DNA of 64,000 bases from Polymyxa betae A26-41 (Eukaryota > Protista > Endomyxa: Phytomyxea). The notes below the pieces were generated by a model that searched no databases, had not been told where the DNA came from, and was given only the letters and a program-made list of their open reading frames with translations. Numbering within the stretch: the stretch's first letter is position 1; the number at the start of each line of letters is the position of its first letter. The stretch covers positions 1 to 64,000 of the forward strand of contig RBZT01000286.1 of NCBI GenBank assembly GCA_003693705.1, written 5' to 3'. The position numbers and the translations under genes were made by a program. Shown here piece by piece: positions 25,784 to 37,540 of this stretch.

Positions 25784-26376
25784 GTTGCGTGCAGCTGCGG
25801 CAGCCTCGCCTTTGAAACAGCCCAAGATCTTGGGAGCTTTCTATACAAATCTATGAATTTCTGGGAGTAATATGTATGGGTTATGGATTGTAAAGTTAAA
25901 GGGAAAAATTCTTTTGAAGAAACGATGGAGTCAGTGAAGGCTATGTCTGTATAGAGTGTAGGGTCAGATATTGATGAAAGTCTATATCTGCGGTGGTCTA
26001 TAATGACGATTGATTTGGTGCTAGGTGTAGTTCCATTTCATCAGTGGCAGAAATCATATTTCTTCGGTAGAGCACCTCATGGATTCGCATAGCTGTAATT
26101 GTTGATTGATTTGTGTGATTCTGACTCCGATTGATTCCTTGTTGAGCGCCGGGCCAACGATCAGTTGTGATCAAAAGTACACGCTCAACAATTTAAAAGA
26201 TCACAAATTTAGGGGAGAAGGCGCTGAGCAGAAAGCTAAGAACGAGTCTAATTGGAATGAGTAATTTTAACGTAATCGCAGAAGGTTGAGGAAGGTGGTA
26301 AGGAATAAAGAGGCGCACTTTTATTAACATAATCGTTGCATGATGAACTGCTGGCGAAGTGAATGATGTGATTTCA

Positions 26377-27993
26377 ATGAGTCTCCTATTTAAAGGAAAG
26401 CCTTCGATATCGCTGTTGGCATCAGCTCTGAACCTTTTTCCGGATTCAGCTCATGTGCTGGCGCCACAGGTTATCAAGGCGATCCAGTCCAGTCAGACTA
26501 ATCGCTTTGATTCGAATCCGATCGACTCCATCATTTATGCCTGCTCGCATATCAATATGACATCATCAACTTCTATTCTCCCACATCTTGCTGCCTTTAT
26601 CAATATCCGATCTTCTCCTGAAATCGTTTCGCGATATCTTATTTCAGTTGCCCGAATTCGACCTGTGTCCGTTGAAAGCGAATATCTTCGGGAATTGCTT
26701 TCAAATATTGATCTGAACCGATTAGATAAGCATGCTGCACGACTGTTGTTCGATGCATGTGTCGCTCTGGGTATTGCTGAGCGCTTTGATGTCGCCAGGT
26801 TCTGTCGTCGTATGGTTGCGTCATATCAAAATATTAGTCCCACGCATCTCGCCCGATTTGTCTGGCAATCGGCACGAATAAAGAGCGTTTCTTATGAAGA
26901 TATCAGCCCGCTTTTGCAATTAATGAGAACTTCTAAAGTGAATCTCTCAGCCCGCGATTTACGTCTCGCTGTTTCTTCTATCAAGGCGCTCGTGAATGGA
27001 CGTTATTGGTACCGATGCATGTATGAAAGAGCTCTACAGTCATTATTCGATGACGACGTTCGCCAATGGGAAGTAATCGCTGTCATAACAGCTGCTGTTC
27101 GTGCTCAAGCTTATGATGACTCTACATTATCGTCTTTGTCGCCATTCCTACTGAAACAGTTGCCATACTTGAAGGCTAACGAGCGCCTGCAATTAGTATG
27201 GGCTTTTGCTGCTGCCAGCCAGTATGATAGCCAGATTTTTACTGAAACGGCTAACTTGGATGCTGACGATATCAAATCTTTTCCTCCAGGAAACGTCAGT
27301 GTCCTTATATGGTCGTTTACCAAGGTCGCTCATTTCGCTCATGCGGATTACCTTTACCAAGAAGTATTGGACTATTCCGAAAGTCGAAGTCAGGATTTTA
27401 CCCTGAAAGAGCTGTCTACTGTTATTTTATCTCTAGCTACGTATAGCCTTATAACTGACAGTGCACATATGTCTAGTCGGGTTGCTAAGCTATGGCAGTT
27501 AGCCGTCAATCATATTTTCTCTAACGCATCTACGATGACGCTCGACGATGCTCAGCACCAGGTACTATCCATGCTTGATCAAGCCCGTCTTGCGTTAATC
27601 CATAATGGCTGTGTCTTGGATCACGACATGGCTGAGCGAGTTGCAACAGCCGCACCATCTCAAACCGCTTCCATTAAGAAAAGCCTTATGCGTGACTTGA
27701 TAATCGAATCTCTTCGGCAGCTGGATCTAGGCGAGGATATCAAAGTCGACGTCATGTGCGAACGATCAGGAATTGCAGTCCCGCTGGCCTTCTCGAATGT
27801 TGCAATCGAATGCCTTCTACGAAATGATTTTATAGATGAATTACAGTGTCAGCCTAATGGAGGAAATAAGCTCCGCTGTCAACTTTTAGAGCGAAACGGA
27901 TGGAAAGTCGTGATTATTTCTGAACAAGATCTCTTCTACTGTAAAGTGGCGTTTGACCGTTTTCGTCTACTGGTTGATAAACTTAATTTATGA
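26377..27993 (+). CDS. RAP-domain, helical-repeat (FASTK-like) RNA-binding protein
   Basis: Repeats such as LARFVWQSAR, LQLVWAFAAA, VSVLIWSFTKV; C-terminal VAIE..KLRCQLLERNGWKVVII. The 5' end is uncertain. Confidence 0.75.
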   Translation: MSLLFKGKPSISLLASALNLFPDSAHVLAPQVIKAIQSSQTNRFDSNPIDSIIYACSHINMTSSTSILPHLAAFINIRSSPEIVSRYLISVARIRPVSVESEYLRELLSNIDLNRLDKHAARLLFDACVALGIAERFDVARFCRRMVASYQNISPTHLARFVWQSARIKSVSYEDISPLLQLMRTSKVNLSARDLRLAVSSIKALVNGRYWYRCMYERALQSLFDDDVRQWEVIAVITAAVRAQAYDDSTLSSLSPFLLKQLPYLKANERLQLVWAFAAASQYDSQIFTETANLDADDIKSFPPGNVSVLIWSFTKVAHFAHADYLYQEVLDYSESRSQDFTLKELSTVILSLATYSLITDSAHMSSRVAKLWQLAVNHIFSNASTMTLDDAQHQVLSMLDQARLALIHNGCVLDHDMAERVATAAPSQTASIKKSLMRDLIIESLRQLDLGEDIKVDVMCERSGIAVPLAFSNVAIECLLRNDFIDELQCQPNGGNKLRCQLLERNGWKVVIISEQDLFYCKVAFDRFRLLVDKLNL

Positions 27994-28435
27994 CTACGAA
28001 TTCAGCTTTCACCAGATCGTACTTGATCTTTCATCTGCTCTCTAAACGAGCAGGCGAAAAGTCAACAATATGCCGAGGCTTATTAGGATTGTTAGCTTGA
28101 CATGACCAGGCTCATCTGGACGATGCTGTTGACGGGAGATAACCAACCCATCAGCTCAGGAGTTTTCTCAGCTACGATCATTCGTTTGCATCAAGAAAAT
28201 TGTATTGCAAACAGAAAATGTGTAGCCAAACAGACTACCTTTCTGCGTTCTACACCGTCATATGGGCCCGCTTAAAACAGTAACTCATGTAGCGGCACTA
28301 GTATACTTAATTATTCAGAAGACTCATCAGTGTGAGTTCATTGGAGCCAAGCGATTTTGGAAACCAAACAATTGTTAACAAATTAGAAATTTGAGTATGT
28401 ATTTTGCATTAGATAGCGTCGTTTAAAAACCCACT

Positions 28436-29353
28436 TTAAGACATGTTCAGCAGGATAGCAAGCAAAGATGCTAGAATGACAGACACTAAGTAGGACGAAC
28501 TAGTTGCCGAGTTTGGGGGCGTGAACGTCAGCGATGTCGAATTAAGAGCACCATTGTAACCAGCAAGTCCTGGGCCGGCAATACCACAAGTATACTGAGC
28601 CACCAGAGTATACTGGTTGGTTGTCGAGTACGGGCCATTGTTTCCAGTTAAGCATTGCTGGCCGTTGTTGCTCGGTGCTCCCAGGATGTTCGGCTGGACG
28701 GTGACGCTGCATTGGTTCTGGCCTCTGCATGACTTTTGGATCAGCTGGGTGACGTTCAGAGTACAGACTGGTGTCATCGTGTTAACACTGGAAGGACATG
28801 ATCCTGGGGTGTTTCCATAAGCAGCAGCCAAGACGCTGATAATAACGTTTCCGCTAGGGCAGCTAAGCGTAGCGTTTGTCTGACCGACTGTCGTTGAAGT
28901 ACATTGAGTGCTGGTCACCGTACCGGCAAGTTGACCTTCTCCGGAACCAATGAAACCGCCCATTAATCCTGATGACGAATAGGTGCTTGAAGTGGTGTAC
29001 CAGTTACCGCTGTTGTCTTGGTACCAGCCGTTGCCATTGCTGTCGTACCACCAGCCGTTGGCGCCCTGAGTCCAGCCGTTGTATTGACCATTCCAAGGGC
29101 CAGAGCCCATTGGGGTTGGACCGACGTAGACGCCAGTGCCGTAGTTGGTGTTGCCGTTGAAGCCCCAGTTGTTGTAGCCGTTGCCATAATTCGCGTTGCC
29201 GTTGCCGTTGTTCGTGTACCAGTTTCCGCTGTTGTCCTGGTACCAACCGACGCCGTTGTTGTTGTTGCTGTACCACCAGCCGTTGTTCTGGGTCCAGCCG
29301 CTGTATTGGCCGTTCCAAGGGCCTGAGCCACTGGGGCTTGGACCAACATAGTA

Positions 29354-29384
<31 letters not shown>

Positions 29385-30805
29385 TTGGTGTACCAGCTTC
29401 CGCTGTTGTCCTGGTACCAACCGACGCCGCTGTTGTCGTTGTTGTACCACCATCCGTTGTTCTGGGTCCAACCGCTTAACTGACCGTTCCATGGCCCAGA
29501 GCCACTGGGGCTTGGACCAACATAATAGCCGTTGCCGTTGCCGTTGTTGGAATACCAGTTAGAGTTGCTGCTACCCGAATACCAATTGTTGTTGTTGTTG
29601 CCGTTGTTGGTGTACCAGTTGCCAGTGTTGTCTTTGTACCAGCCGACATCGTTGTTGTTGTTGCTGTCGTACCACCAGCCATTGTTCTGGGTCCAACCAT
29701 TGATATAGCCGTTCCAAGGACCGGTACCGGTTGGCTGAGGGCCAACATAGACGCCATTGTAGTTGGTGTTGGTGTTGTAGTTGGAGTAGCCATTGTAGTT
29801 GGTGTTGGTGTCGTAGTTGGAGTAGCCATTGTAGTTGTTGTTCACGTACCAGTTACCGCTGTTGTCCTGATATGAGCCGACCCCGTTGTTATACCAGACG
29901 CCATTGTTCTGAGTCCAGCCGGTGTACTGGCCAGACCAAGGACCAGTGCCTGAAGGCTGAGTCCAGCCGACGTAAGAGCCAGACCATGGGCCCGATCCAG
30001 ATGGCTGCTGGTAGTAAGGCTCAGGCTGAGGGTTGTAGGTCTGGTAGGTGTAGCCATTGTCATTGCCATTGAGCCAGTTGGACTGCTGCCGTCCATTGAA
30101 TGTGTTGGAGAGGCCGCTGTTCTGCTGCAACCACCCGTTGCCGTTACCCTGAGTCCATCCATTCAGAAAGTTGAGCGAGTTCAGAGCGTTCAAGTCATTG
30201 ATGGAGTTCAGCGAGTTCATGGCGTTCATGGAGTTGAGAGAGTTGAACGCATTCATCTTCTGCTGGGCGCATAGGATCTGGGCCCATGTGTTCCACTGGC
30301 TCTGAGACGATGCATCGACCCAGGATGGCAATTGGAACTGGACCGGGGATTGTGATAGCCAGTCACCGACCCAGGCGTTGTTAAACTGCTTGCTTGCCCA
30401 TAAATCGAAGTTCGTGTTGCTGCCGAGGTTCCATGCACCGGTAGCGAACTGATTCCAGTCGGCGAGCGAGTTACCAGCCAGGCTGAATGGATAGGATGAC
30501 AGACCAGAGGTGGTCGTTAACGCCGAAGCAATTGATGCAGACTGGGCAGCTGCAGCGGAGGCAGCCTTGGCAGTAGTGGCTGCCTGCGATGAAAGAGCGG
30601 CAGCTGCATTGCTACTTGATGCAAGTAGGGCTTCAGCTTGCGTCTGAGTCTGAAGCGTCGACTGCTGCTGATAAGTCGATGCCAACAGAGCTGCTTGCGT
30701 TTGCTGAAGCGTGGCTTGCTGCAGAGTCGGCTGTTTCTGGTAAAGATTGGTACTTTGAACGAGTACGCTCAAAGCATGAAGGATTAGGATTAGATATAGA
30801 CGCAT
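28436..30805 (-). CDS. secreted, GPI-type Asn/Gly/Trp/Tyr-repeat protein with C-terminal SUEL (galactose/rhamnose-binding) lectin domain
   Basis: Intronless 789 aa ORF: signal peptide; about 45-aa GPW..GWTQNNGWWY..GWYQDNSGNWY repeats; LSCPSGNVII..AAYG..C..CRGQNQCSV..LG..C..LVAQYTC; hydrophobic tail. Confidence 0.88.
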
Positions 30806-30893
30806 GAGCGCGTGGGTTGGGATGTGTTAAATTAAACGACGAGCTGCTGTCAGCAGAAGGCTTATAAAATGAGTATGAACCTAGTCGCTTCTG

Positions 30894-31005
30894 TGAGTCA
30901 TGATTTCGACATATACATCGTGATGTTGTTAGTGAGTCATCAACTCCTCCAACCCATCACAATCTGACTCATTGTGATCATACGCATCGCATTGTTGATG
31001 ACTCA
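30894..31005. promoter_or_regulatory. cluster of four AP-1/Gcn4-type TGASTCA sites
   Basis: TGAGTCA at 30894 and 30933; TGACTCA at 30965 and 30999; TATA-like TATAAG on the minus strand at about 30861-30866. Confidence 0.65.
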
Positions 31006-31422
31006 TCTATTGTTGGATGTTCGAGTGGAGTTAAGTTTTGATGATTGCGGAGCTTTGGCGATCGAAACCGATATCGGTAATATCTGGGAAATCTGTTGTC
31101 ATTGGTTGATCGATAAGGTTTCTAAAAATCTAATATAAATCCAGTATGTTTCTTACCGAATCAGTTTACACACACTGCCGCCACTATTAGACTTTAACCA
31201 ATGCAAGAGTGTTGCAGACAATTATCTAGTAAACACAAATTATTTCAGTTCTGTAGTGCCTCAAACAGTCAAACTGTTTACTGTTGGCTGTTGCTGCAAA
31301 GCGCGGCTATTTCAGAATATGCGTTCAATTCAAATTTGGTCTCCTGTGCACTGTAGACAGTAGTGTGCGTGTGTGTTACAACATCCCCATAACGATATCG
31401 ATTCAAGGGTAGCCAGGACTTC

Positions 31423-32225
31423 ATGGCGTCGTTGTTGCGATCTCGACAGGTCACGAGTGGATTGGCTCGCCGTTTAGTCCATTCGTATAGTCTGCCTCCG
31501 TTACCGTATGAGTACGATGCACTGGCCCCAGTCATCAGTAAGGAGATCATGGAATTGCATCACCTGAAGCACCACCAAACATACGTCAACAATTTGAATA
31601 ACTTGCTGCAATCTTCAGACAAAGATGATTTGTCGGCTTCAATCCGTAAACAGGCTGCGATCAAGGTGGGATTCATACTGATCTGCTGCGCCATGTTACG
31701 AACGTTATGCAGTTTAACGGCGGTGGGCATCTAAACCACTCAATTTTCTGGACCAATTTGGCGCCTCCAAATAAAGGTGGCGGTGAGGCTCCTAAATCTG
31801 GCGAGCTCTTGGATGCCATCCGGAATGCATATGGTGACGTTTCGGAACTACAAAAGATCATGAATGCCGAAGCCGCTGCTGTTCAGGGCTCTGGATGGGC
31901 TTGGCTTGTTTACAGTAATAGGATTTTTCCATTAAGATCATCACTGGTTCAAAATTTTCCAGATCAACCGAACAAAAAGTTATCTATCATGACCACTAGC
32001 AATCAAGATCCTGTCGTGGGCGCCGGAGTCGTTCCATTGCTCGGAATTGATGTCTGGGAGCATGGTAATGTTCAACTAGTAGTTTTAAGCCTTCTTGCTA
32101 AGTTTAGACATTCAGCTTATTATCTGGACTATAAGAATGTCCGACCCGAGTACCTGAAGCAGATTTGGAAAGTTGTCAACTGGGCCAACATTGAAGAGCG
32201 ATTTGATGCAGCAAAGTCCAGCTAG
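31423..32225 (+). CDS. SOD2: mitochondrial Mn superoxide dismutase (multi-exon)
   Basis: Arg/Ser-rich presequence; [13 protein letters not shown]; [14 protein letters not shown]; [13 protein letters not shown]; QGSGWAWL; DVWEH|AYYL. Confidence 0.97.
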
Positions 32226-32399
32226 GTTGCTTAGTGTCTGAACTACGTTATGTTCATTGAGCAGTGTCATAAACTATTTCTCACTCAGGTTTTACTGATT
32301 TTGATTCTTGCACTCAACGGTAGGAACCCTAGACCCTAACCCTCTTGGTCCTTAGAGAGAAAATTGCGCACAGGAAATGATTTACAGGTTGCCTTTATC

Positions 32400-34248
32400 A
32401 TGACCAATGCTGCTTCGTATCCGCCTGCACTTGAGTCGATTCTATCTCTGCTGCGCTCCAATCAAGACGAGCGTAAGCTGGCCGGGCTGTTGCTGGTAAC
32501 CAAGGTCATAGTCGGCCAAGACTGGTCTGTAGAAATACTCTCTCTTTTGGCGGATGCTGTGGGCTCGACATTTTTGCGACGGCTATTACGCAGCACCGAC
32601 AATGAAGGCGTCTATGTTGATCTAGCGATCAATGTCATCTCCGCTTTGATAACGTCTCCGGATGTTGCCAAACGTTTCGCTAGAGATGGCTTGTGCACTG
32701 ATATTATGGCTGTCCAAAAAGGGCCGTTGACTTCCGATCTCCTCGCTACTTACACATCGTTTATTAATGCTGGAGATCTCACACCTTTTTCATTGATGAG
32801 CTCTATTTGGCAAAATGACAATCAACGTGATTTGATGAAATCTGTCGTCAATAGCTGGATACGGCCTGAATATGCACAACAAATTTTATTTAGTAAGCGC
32901 GACAATATTATGGCTGTTCTTGGTGAAGATTTGAAATCGCGTCAAGATCTGCGAAAATTCGAAGCTCTGGAACTCATTGTATCAATTCTATCACAGTTAC
33001 ATCCGTTCAGTGATTTGCCGGTCGATGCCTATGATTGTTTAGGTAATGGTGGTATCGGATCATGGTCCACCGCCATCCGAGACGGTCTCGTCCAGATACT
33101 GTCGTCTCGTGTTAATGCTCAGCAAAGACGGCTGGCGCTTCTAGCGTCCTGGTTTCTGCTTGATTTATTCGGATATTCTTGGGCATCCACTGGAGAGCCA
33201 ATCAACGCCCGCTTCCCGACGCTCCTCATCACGACCGTGGCGGTCGAATCGCGGCTTCTTCTTGAGTATTACGCCGAACACCCAACAATCAACGAGGACA
33301 TCGAAACGTTGCGCGCCTGCTTTGTCATTGCCAATATAGCCATAATGTTTCTGGTGGAAGACGACGCCACATTCGATCAGTGTAAGCGCAATTCAGAATT
33401 TCATTGGTCGCTTCTGCCACCTGATTCGCTCATGTTAATCCATTCTCGTCTAAGCGAGACGATTCGCACTCTATTCGATTTCCTCGTGGAATGCGAGTCT
33501 CAACAGCGATATCGGGATCCCATCATGCCTCATATCTGTCGCGTTCTTGGCACCTGGGTTAGTGAGGGTAATGCACTTTCTCACAATGCAGCAATTTGAG
33601 GCTGACAGTGTTTGCTCAGATTCGGAATCTTTCCAATCCGATTTGGAGACGAGCTGCGCCTTTCTTGTCAAAGTTTGTCAAGAGTCCAAAGACCCTTTTA
33701 ACCCTTTTGTGTATCTAGTACCGGCATTCGCTCGTTTATCGATAAATTTACAGGGCGCCGAACGTCTTGTCGAAAGCGGGCTTTTAGACCAGTTATCAAG
33801 ACTTATTTCACTCATATCGGAACGTGTTGGTGATTCCGTTGCATTGATGGCTGGCGATGTTTGCCATATTCTCATCAACATTATTGAGTGCATTCCTAGC
33901 ATTACTTCCGAGCCAGCTCTGCAGAAAATCATGCCGTATTTGCCATCAATTTTCGACAATCTTTGGTCGTCCCGTGAGAACTTGGTTCCATGTTTACAGA
34001 CTGTATGCGTCCTTCTAGCTGTTGGCTGTGATTCGCTCACGCCGTCTGTTATCGACAGAGACGCAGAAGATATCTGGCCAAAAGTCGCCTCACTGCTTTT
34101 CGACTATACCGTCGACGACCAAGATTTGCAGGACCTACGTCGAGTGACCATGAAACATTTGACTTCCTGTATGCCGCGTTTCAGAATGTTATCTGACGCT
34201 TTGAGGTCTTCAGACTCAGTTCCAGAATCGATTCAAAAACTCCCGTAA
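32400..34248 (+). CDS. NCDN: neurochondrin-family protein (probably 2 exons)
   Basis: LLRSNQDERKLAGLLLVTK; AVGSTFLRRLLRS; IRDGLVQILSSRV; VAVESRLLL; RVLGTWVSE. Confidence 0.8.
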
Positions 34249-34360
34249 TAAAATGAATTATATTGAGAATCCCAACTTAACCTGGTGGTTCATTATTTGG
34301 GCAATGACGAATCCAGCTTCGAATGCACATTGGAAAGTACATCATACAATCAAAAAGGTA

Positions 34361-34434
34361 AGCCCACGCAGGGATTCGAACCCTGGTTTCGGGATTCAAA
34401 GTCCCGCTTCATGAACCAACTAGAACACACGGGC
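34361..34434 (-). tRNA. trnQ-UUG: tRNA-Gln (anticodon UUG)
   Basis: GCCCGTG TG TTCT AGTTGGTTCA TGAA G CGGGA CTTTGAA TCCCG AAAC CAGGG TTCGAAT CCCTG CGTGGGC T folds as a cloverleaf with U discriminator; TTTTT Pol III terminator at 34356-34352. Confidence 0.92.
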
Positions 34435-34759
34435 TGTGGTTGTCTTCATCCTGATGGCGGAACATTCAAGGTCTTCAGTTCGAATTTCCCTTGTTTAATT
34501 CTCGCTCTTGGCAGTTGAAATCCAGAAACTGATCTCGAAGCTTCAATTAGTTGGGAAAGCCGGCAGGAGAATCAGCAATCAATACTCCTTCCGTTCAATA
34601 ATGATCCGATTTGCACACTTTTGAAACTCAAGGAGGGAAGAATTCCAAAAACCCCGTGGAATACAAAACAGCGTTCTGCAGGTATCCATGTTCCCAGAAC
34701 CCGGGGAAATCTCCAGCCTCGTTCGAATTTGACTGCATCATAGTCCTGCGTGGTTGAAA

Positions 34760-35870
34760 ATGGAATCCAGAGGGTCTGAGAAACCGAATTTATCAGATGA
34801 AGCTACAAAGTTCCGAGCGATCAGTTGCGGACAGCTCATCATCAGAATGGGCAATATTGAAGGAAATCAACTAAATATATCTGATTAATTTGAACAGTTC
34901 GAGTGGACTCCGATTCAGCAAGCTTGCAAAATACCAGCATCGCAGACATCGTCATCCGACAAATCCTTCCTCCATCTCTACCAGATTCCAGCCGCATCTT
35001 GTTTCAACTGATTGCTAAACTTGCGGTTTCATTCCAAGAAAACAATCGCAGTGCGACATGTTTGAGAGATTCGTCAATTGTCATGCACAGGCAGCTGTAT
35101 GGACGTCGTCTCAAACGTCAAGCTGATGTCATGAAGATCGTGTTCAATTGAGATTTGAATCTAATGGTTCAGGATTCTATAAAAAATCCTGTATTCTGTA
35201 TCACTGCAATCCCTGATCTGCGAGTCGAGGACGGAGAGATCCATCGCTGGTTCTCGTATTTATTTGTTTTCGCAGTAGATTTTGAAGTAAAATCCGTCAC
35301 GAATCACGAAGCTATGGTGCACTCCAACTCAGCGTATCAATCGATTAGAAGCGAAACTTGTGTTGACAAGGCCTTCCACAGATAACAGTCCAGGTAAGAG
35401 AAATCATCGTTTCTATCGCGATTTCCATGAATAGTATAGCAGCCGATAGCGATCATTTGCAACAGTACGGCGATCGCTTAATGTTGACGCCGAAGAAGAA
35501 TGTTACGTTCGCATCGCCTCCAGCCAGGAAGCTGCAGACCGATCGACGAGAATCATCAATCGTTGATTTTCTGCATCCTAGACGGCTGCATAACCCGGCC
35601 CGTATCGAATCTGTTAAACCCGATAATCGAGGCGAACCCGACGACGAATCGACGTCACAGATCCCGTCCCATTCAAGGCCAGGACCGAGACCAAGAGAGG
35701 GATGTCGGCTACGAGCTTGGTATTCGATATCCAGCACAGACAACACAGGGACGAGCGAACAGATCGAAGAGACCACTGATCTAACAGCAAGGCAATCCGG
35801 CTGGTTCATGAACATGATCACCATGCCGACACAGTTCTGTTATGGAAGCAGAAAGGAGCGTGATGGCTAA
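34760..35870 (+). CDS. hypothetical multi-exon protein
   Basis: Series of plus-strand ORFs (34903, 35155, 35427) with plausible splice sites; low-complexity Ser/Pro/charged C-terminus; no family recognised. Confidence 0.4.
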
Positions 35871-36315
35871 AGGCGATCACCGATTGTCAAGAATAGAAAT
35901 CATAAGAGTTTGATTGGCAGTCAGAACTGACCACGATTTAATTTTTGTATAACAGCTCGAGCAATTAATTTCTAATAACAATTAGAGCTGATTTATAGAA
36001 AAAACCAACGTTCGAATGGATAGCCATTTCGGAGCAGCTTCCAAAGCAGGAATGATGATGCCAAGTCCAGTATCAAATCGATTGAATGGCTTAGAATGTC
36101 ACTATATAGATACCATCAGACCTGCTTAGAACCAGGCCTAAAATGGCGTTTGCTGAGTATGTGACAGCACCAGCCAGCTCATCAGAGGCAATTTTTTTTG
36201 AATTTTTTCGAAAAAAAGTCCTTCAAGGCCGTTGCGGACTTTGACCTGTAGATCATTTGCTCCAAAGGGTTCCGCTATGGCGAAGAAATCTATTCGATCC
36301 CAGGCGGATTCAGCC

Positions 36316-37395
36316 ATGGTGGTAGACCAGGAGGTATCTTCTGCATGCCAATTGCCCGAATTTGATGAAATCAACAAATGTATTTGATCTTGCGTCCGAA
36401 ATCTGATCCCGAAAAAACTCACTGGAAATATTTTCAGTTTTTGAATCCGTTCTGAACACGATTCCAGCTCAAGTCTATTTCGCATCGCCTGCTGTTCACA
36501 TTCAACCGGCAGTAAAGAACGTCCGTTTACCGATGTGGTACTTCCTCGTTCATTACTGACTATCAGCTTAGAACCGATATATTCATAAAAAGTCCGGCTT
36601 GGATCCCAGCGAGCACAAATTTAGAAAATCTGGCAAGGAGAAGGTACCACCAGGCTATGTCGAAAGCGTGTATTTAACCTATGACATTTGTAGTGCGTTG
36701 AAAAGTCCATCGTCGAGATCCAGAAAGACGCTTTTCTGGAAGAGGCCGAGCAGAAACCGTCGGCCTCCAAGTCTTCAAACCCAGAAAATCTTAAAGAACG
36801 CCTACAAGAAAAGATCAGAGAGCTCAGTGCGAAAAGGCAGCGAGATCCTTCGAAACCCGAAAAAACACGCCAACGCAACAAGAAGCAGAAACTCTCTGCA
36901 ACTGAAAAGGCGGAACAGACCGCATCCAAGAAAGCAGCGAAACATGGCAAGGCTGAAGACGCAACAAAACAGTCTTCAGTTGAAGCTCCAGAGAAGCCTC
37001 AGAAATCCGCGCAATCTAAGCAGAAAGATAAGGCCATCGATATCACAATTGCTAATGTTGACGTTGGCGATTGTAAGAAGCGCAATAAGAAGGCGAACGG
37101 CTCCAAGAAAGTTCGTCTAGAAGTGGCTTTAAAACGTGCCGAAAACGAGAAAGCCGAATTGGAAAAATTGTCGCCGGCCGAAAGGATCACGAAGCAGACC
37201 GAAATCAGTACGAAGCTCGCGCTGCTCAAGGCTCAAGGCGTCAAGATCCGCAACGATCCGAATCTGATCAAAAAATCACTGAAGGCGTATGACAGCAAGA
37301 AACGCCATAGTGCCAAGAAATGGAGTAAAAGGAAACAGAAGCAAGCTAAGGAGTCGGAGCAGAAAGCTAGCGCCATTCGCCAAGCGATCGATTAA
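36316..37395 (+). CDS. SURF6: SURF6/RRP14 nucleolar ribosome-biogenesis protein
   Basis: Spliced N-terminus INK|FFESVLNTIPAQVYF (RRP14-like); NLKERLQEKIRELSAKR; KAQGVKIRNDPNLIKKSLK..KKRHSAKKWSKR. Confidence 0.88.
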
Positions 37396-37540
37396 TATAC
37401 CTCCATATTTCCTGAGCTGTTGTTGCCTTAGAGCAGTTGTGTTCTTTAATTTCAGCCATGTTTGATATTGCCTGTGAGAGCCTTCTACGTTCACGTTTGT
37501 TCACTGACCTTGTTGGGATTGCTTATCCAGTATACTATGT

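Noticed and set aside
6290-25848. Fragmented ORFs read as pseudogenes or an alternative genetic code
   Set aside because: The breaks examined coincide with short GT-AG introns that restore conserved motifs under the standard code.
28542-30162. Multiple overlapping Thr/Gln/Arg-rich ORFs
   Set aside because: Shadow frames produced by the repetitive, codon-biased 789-aa gene.
36051-36156. C/D box snoRNA (ATGATGA...CTGA)
   Set aside because: No clear terminal stem or recognisable rRNA guide sequence.
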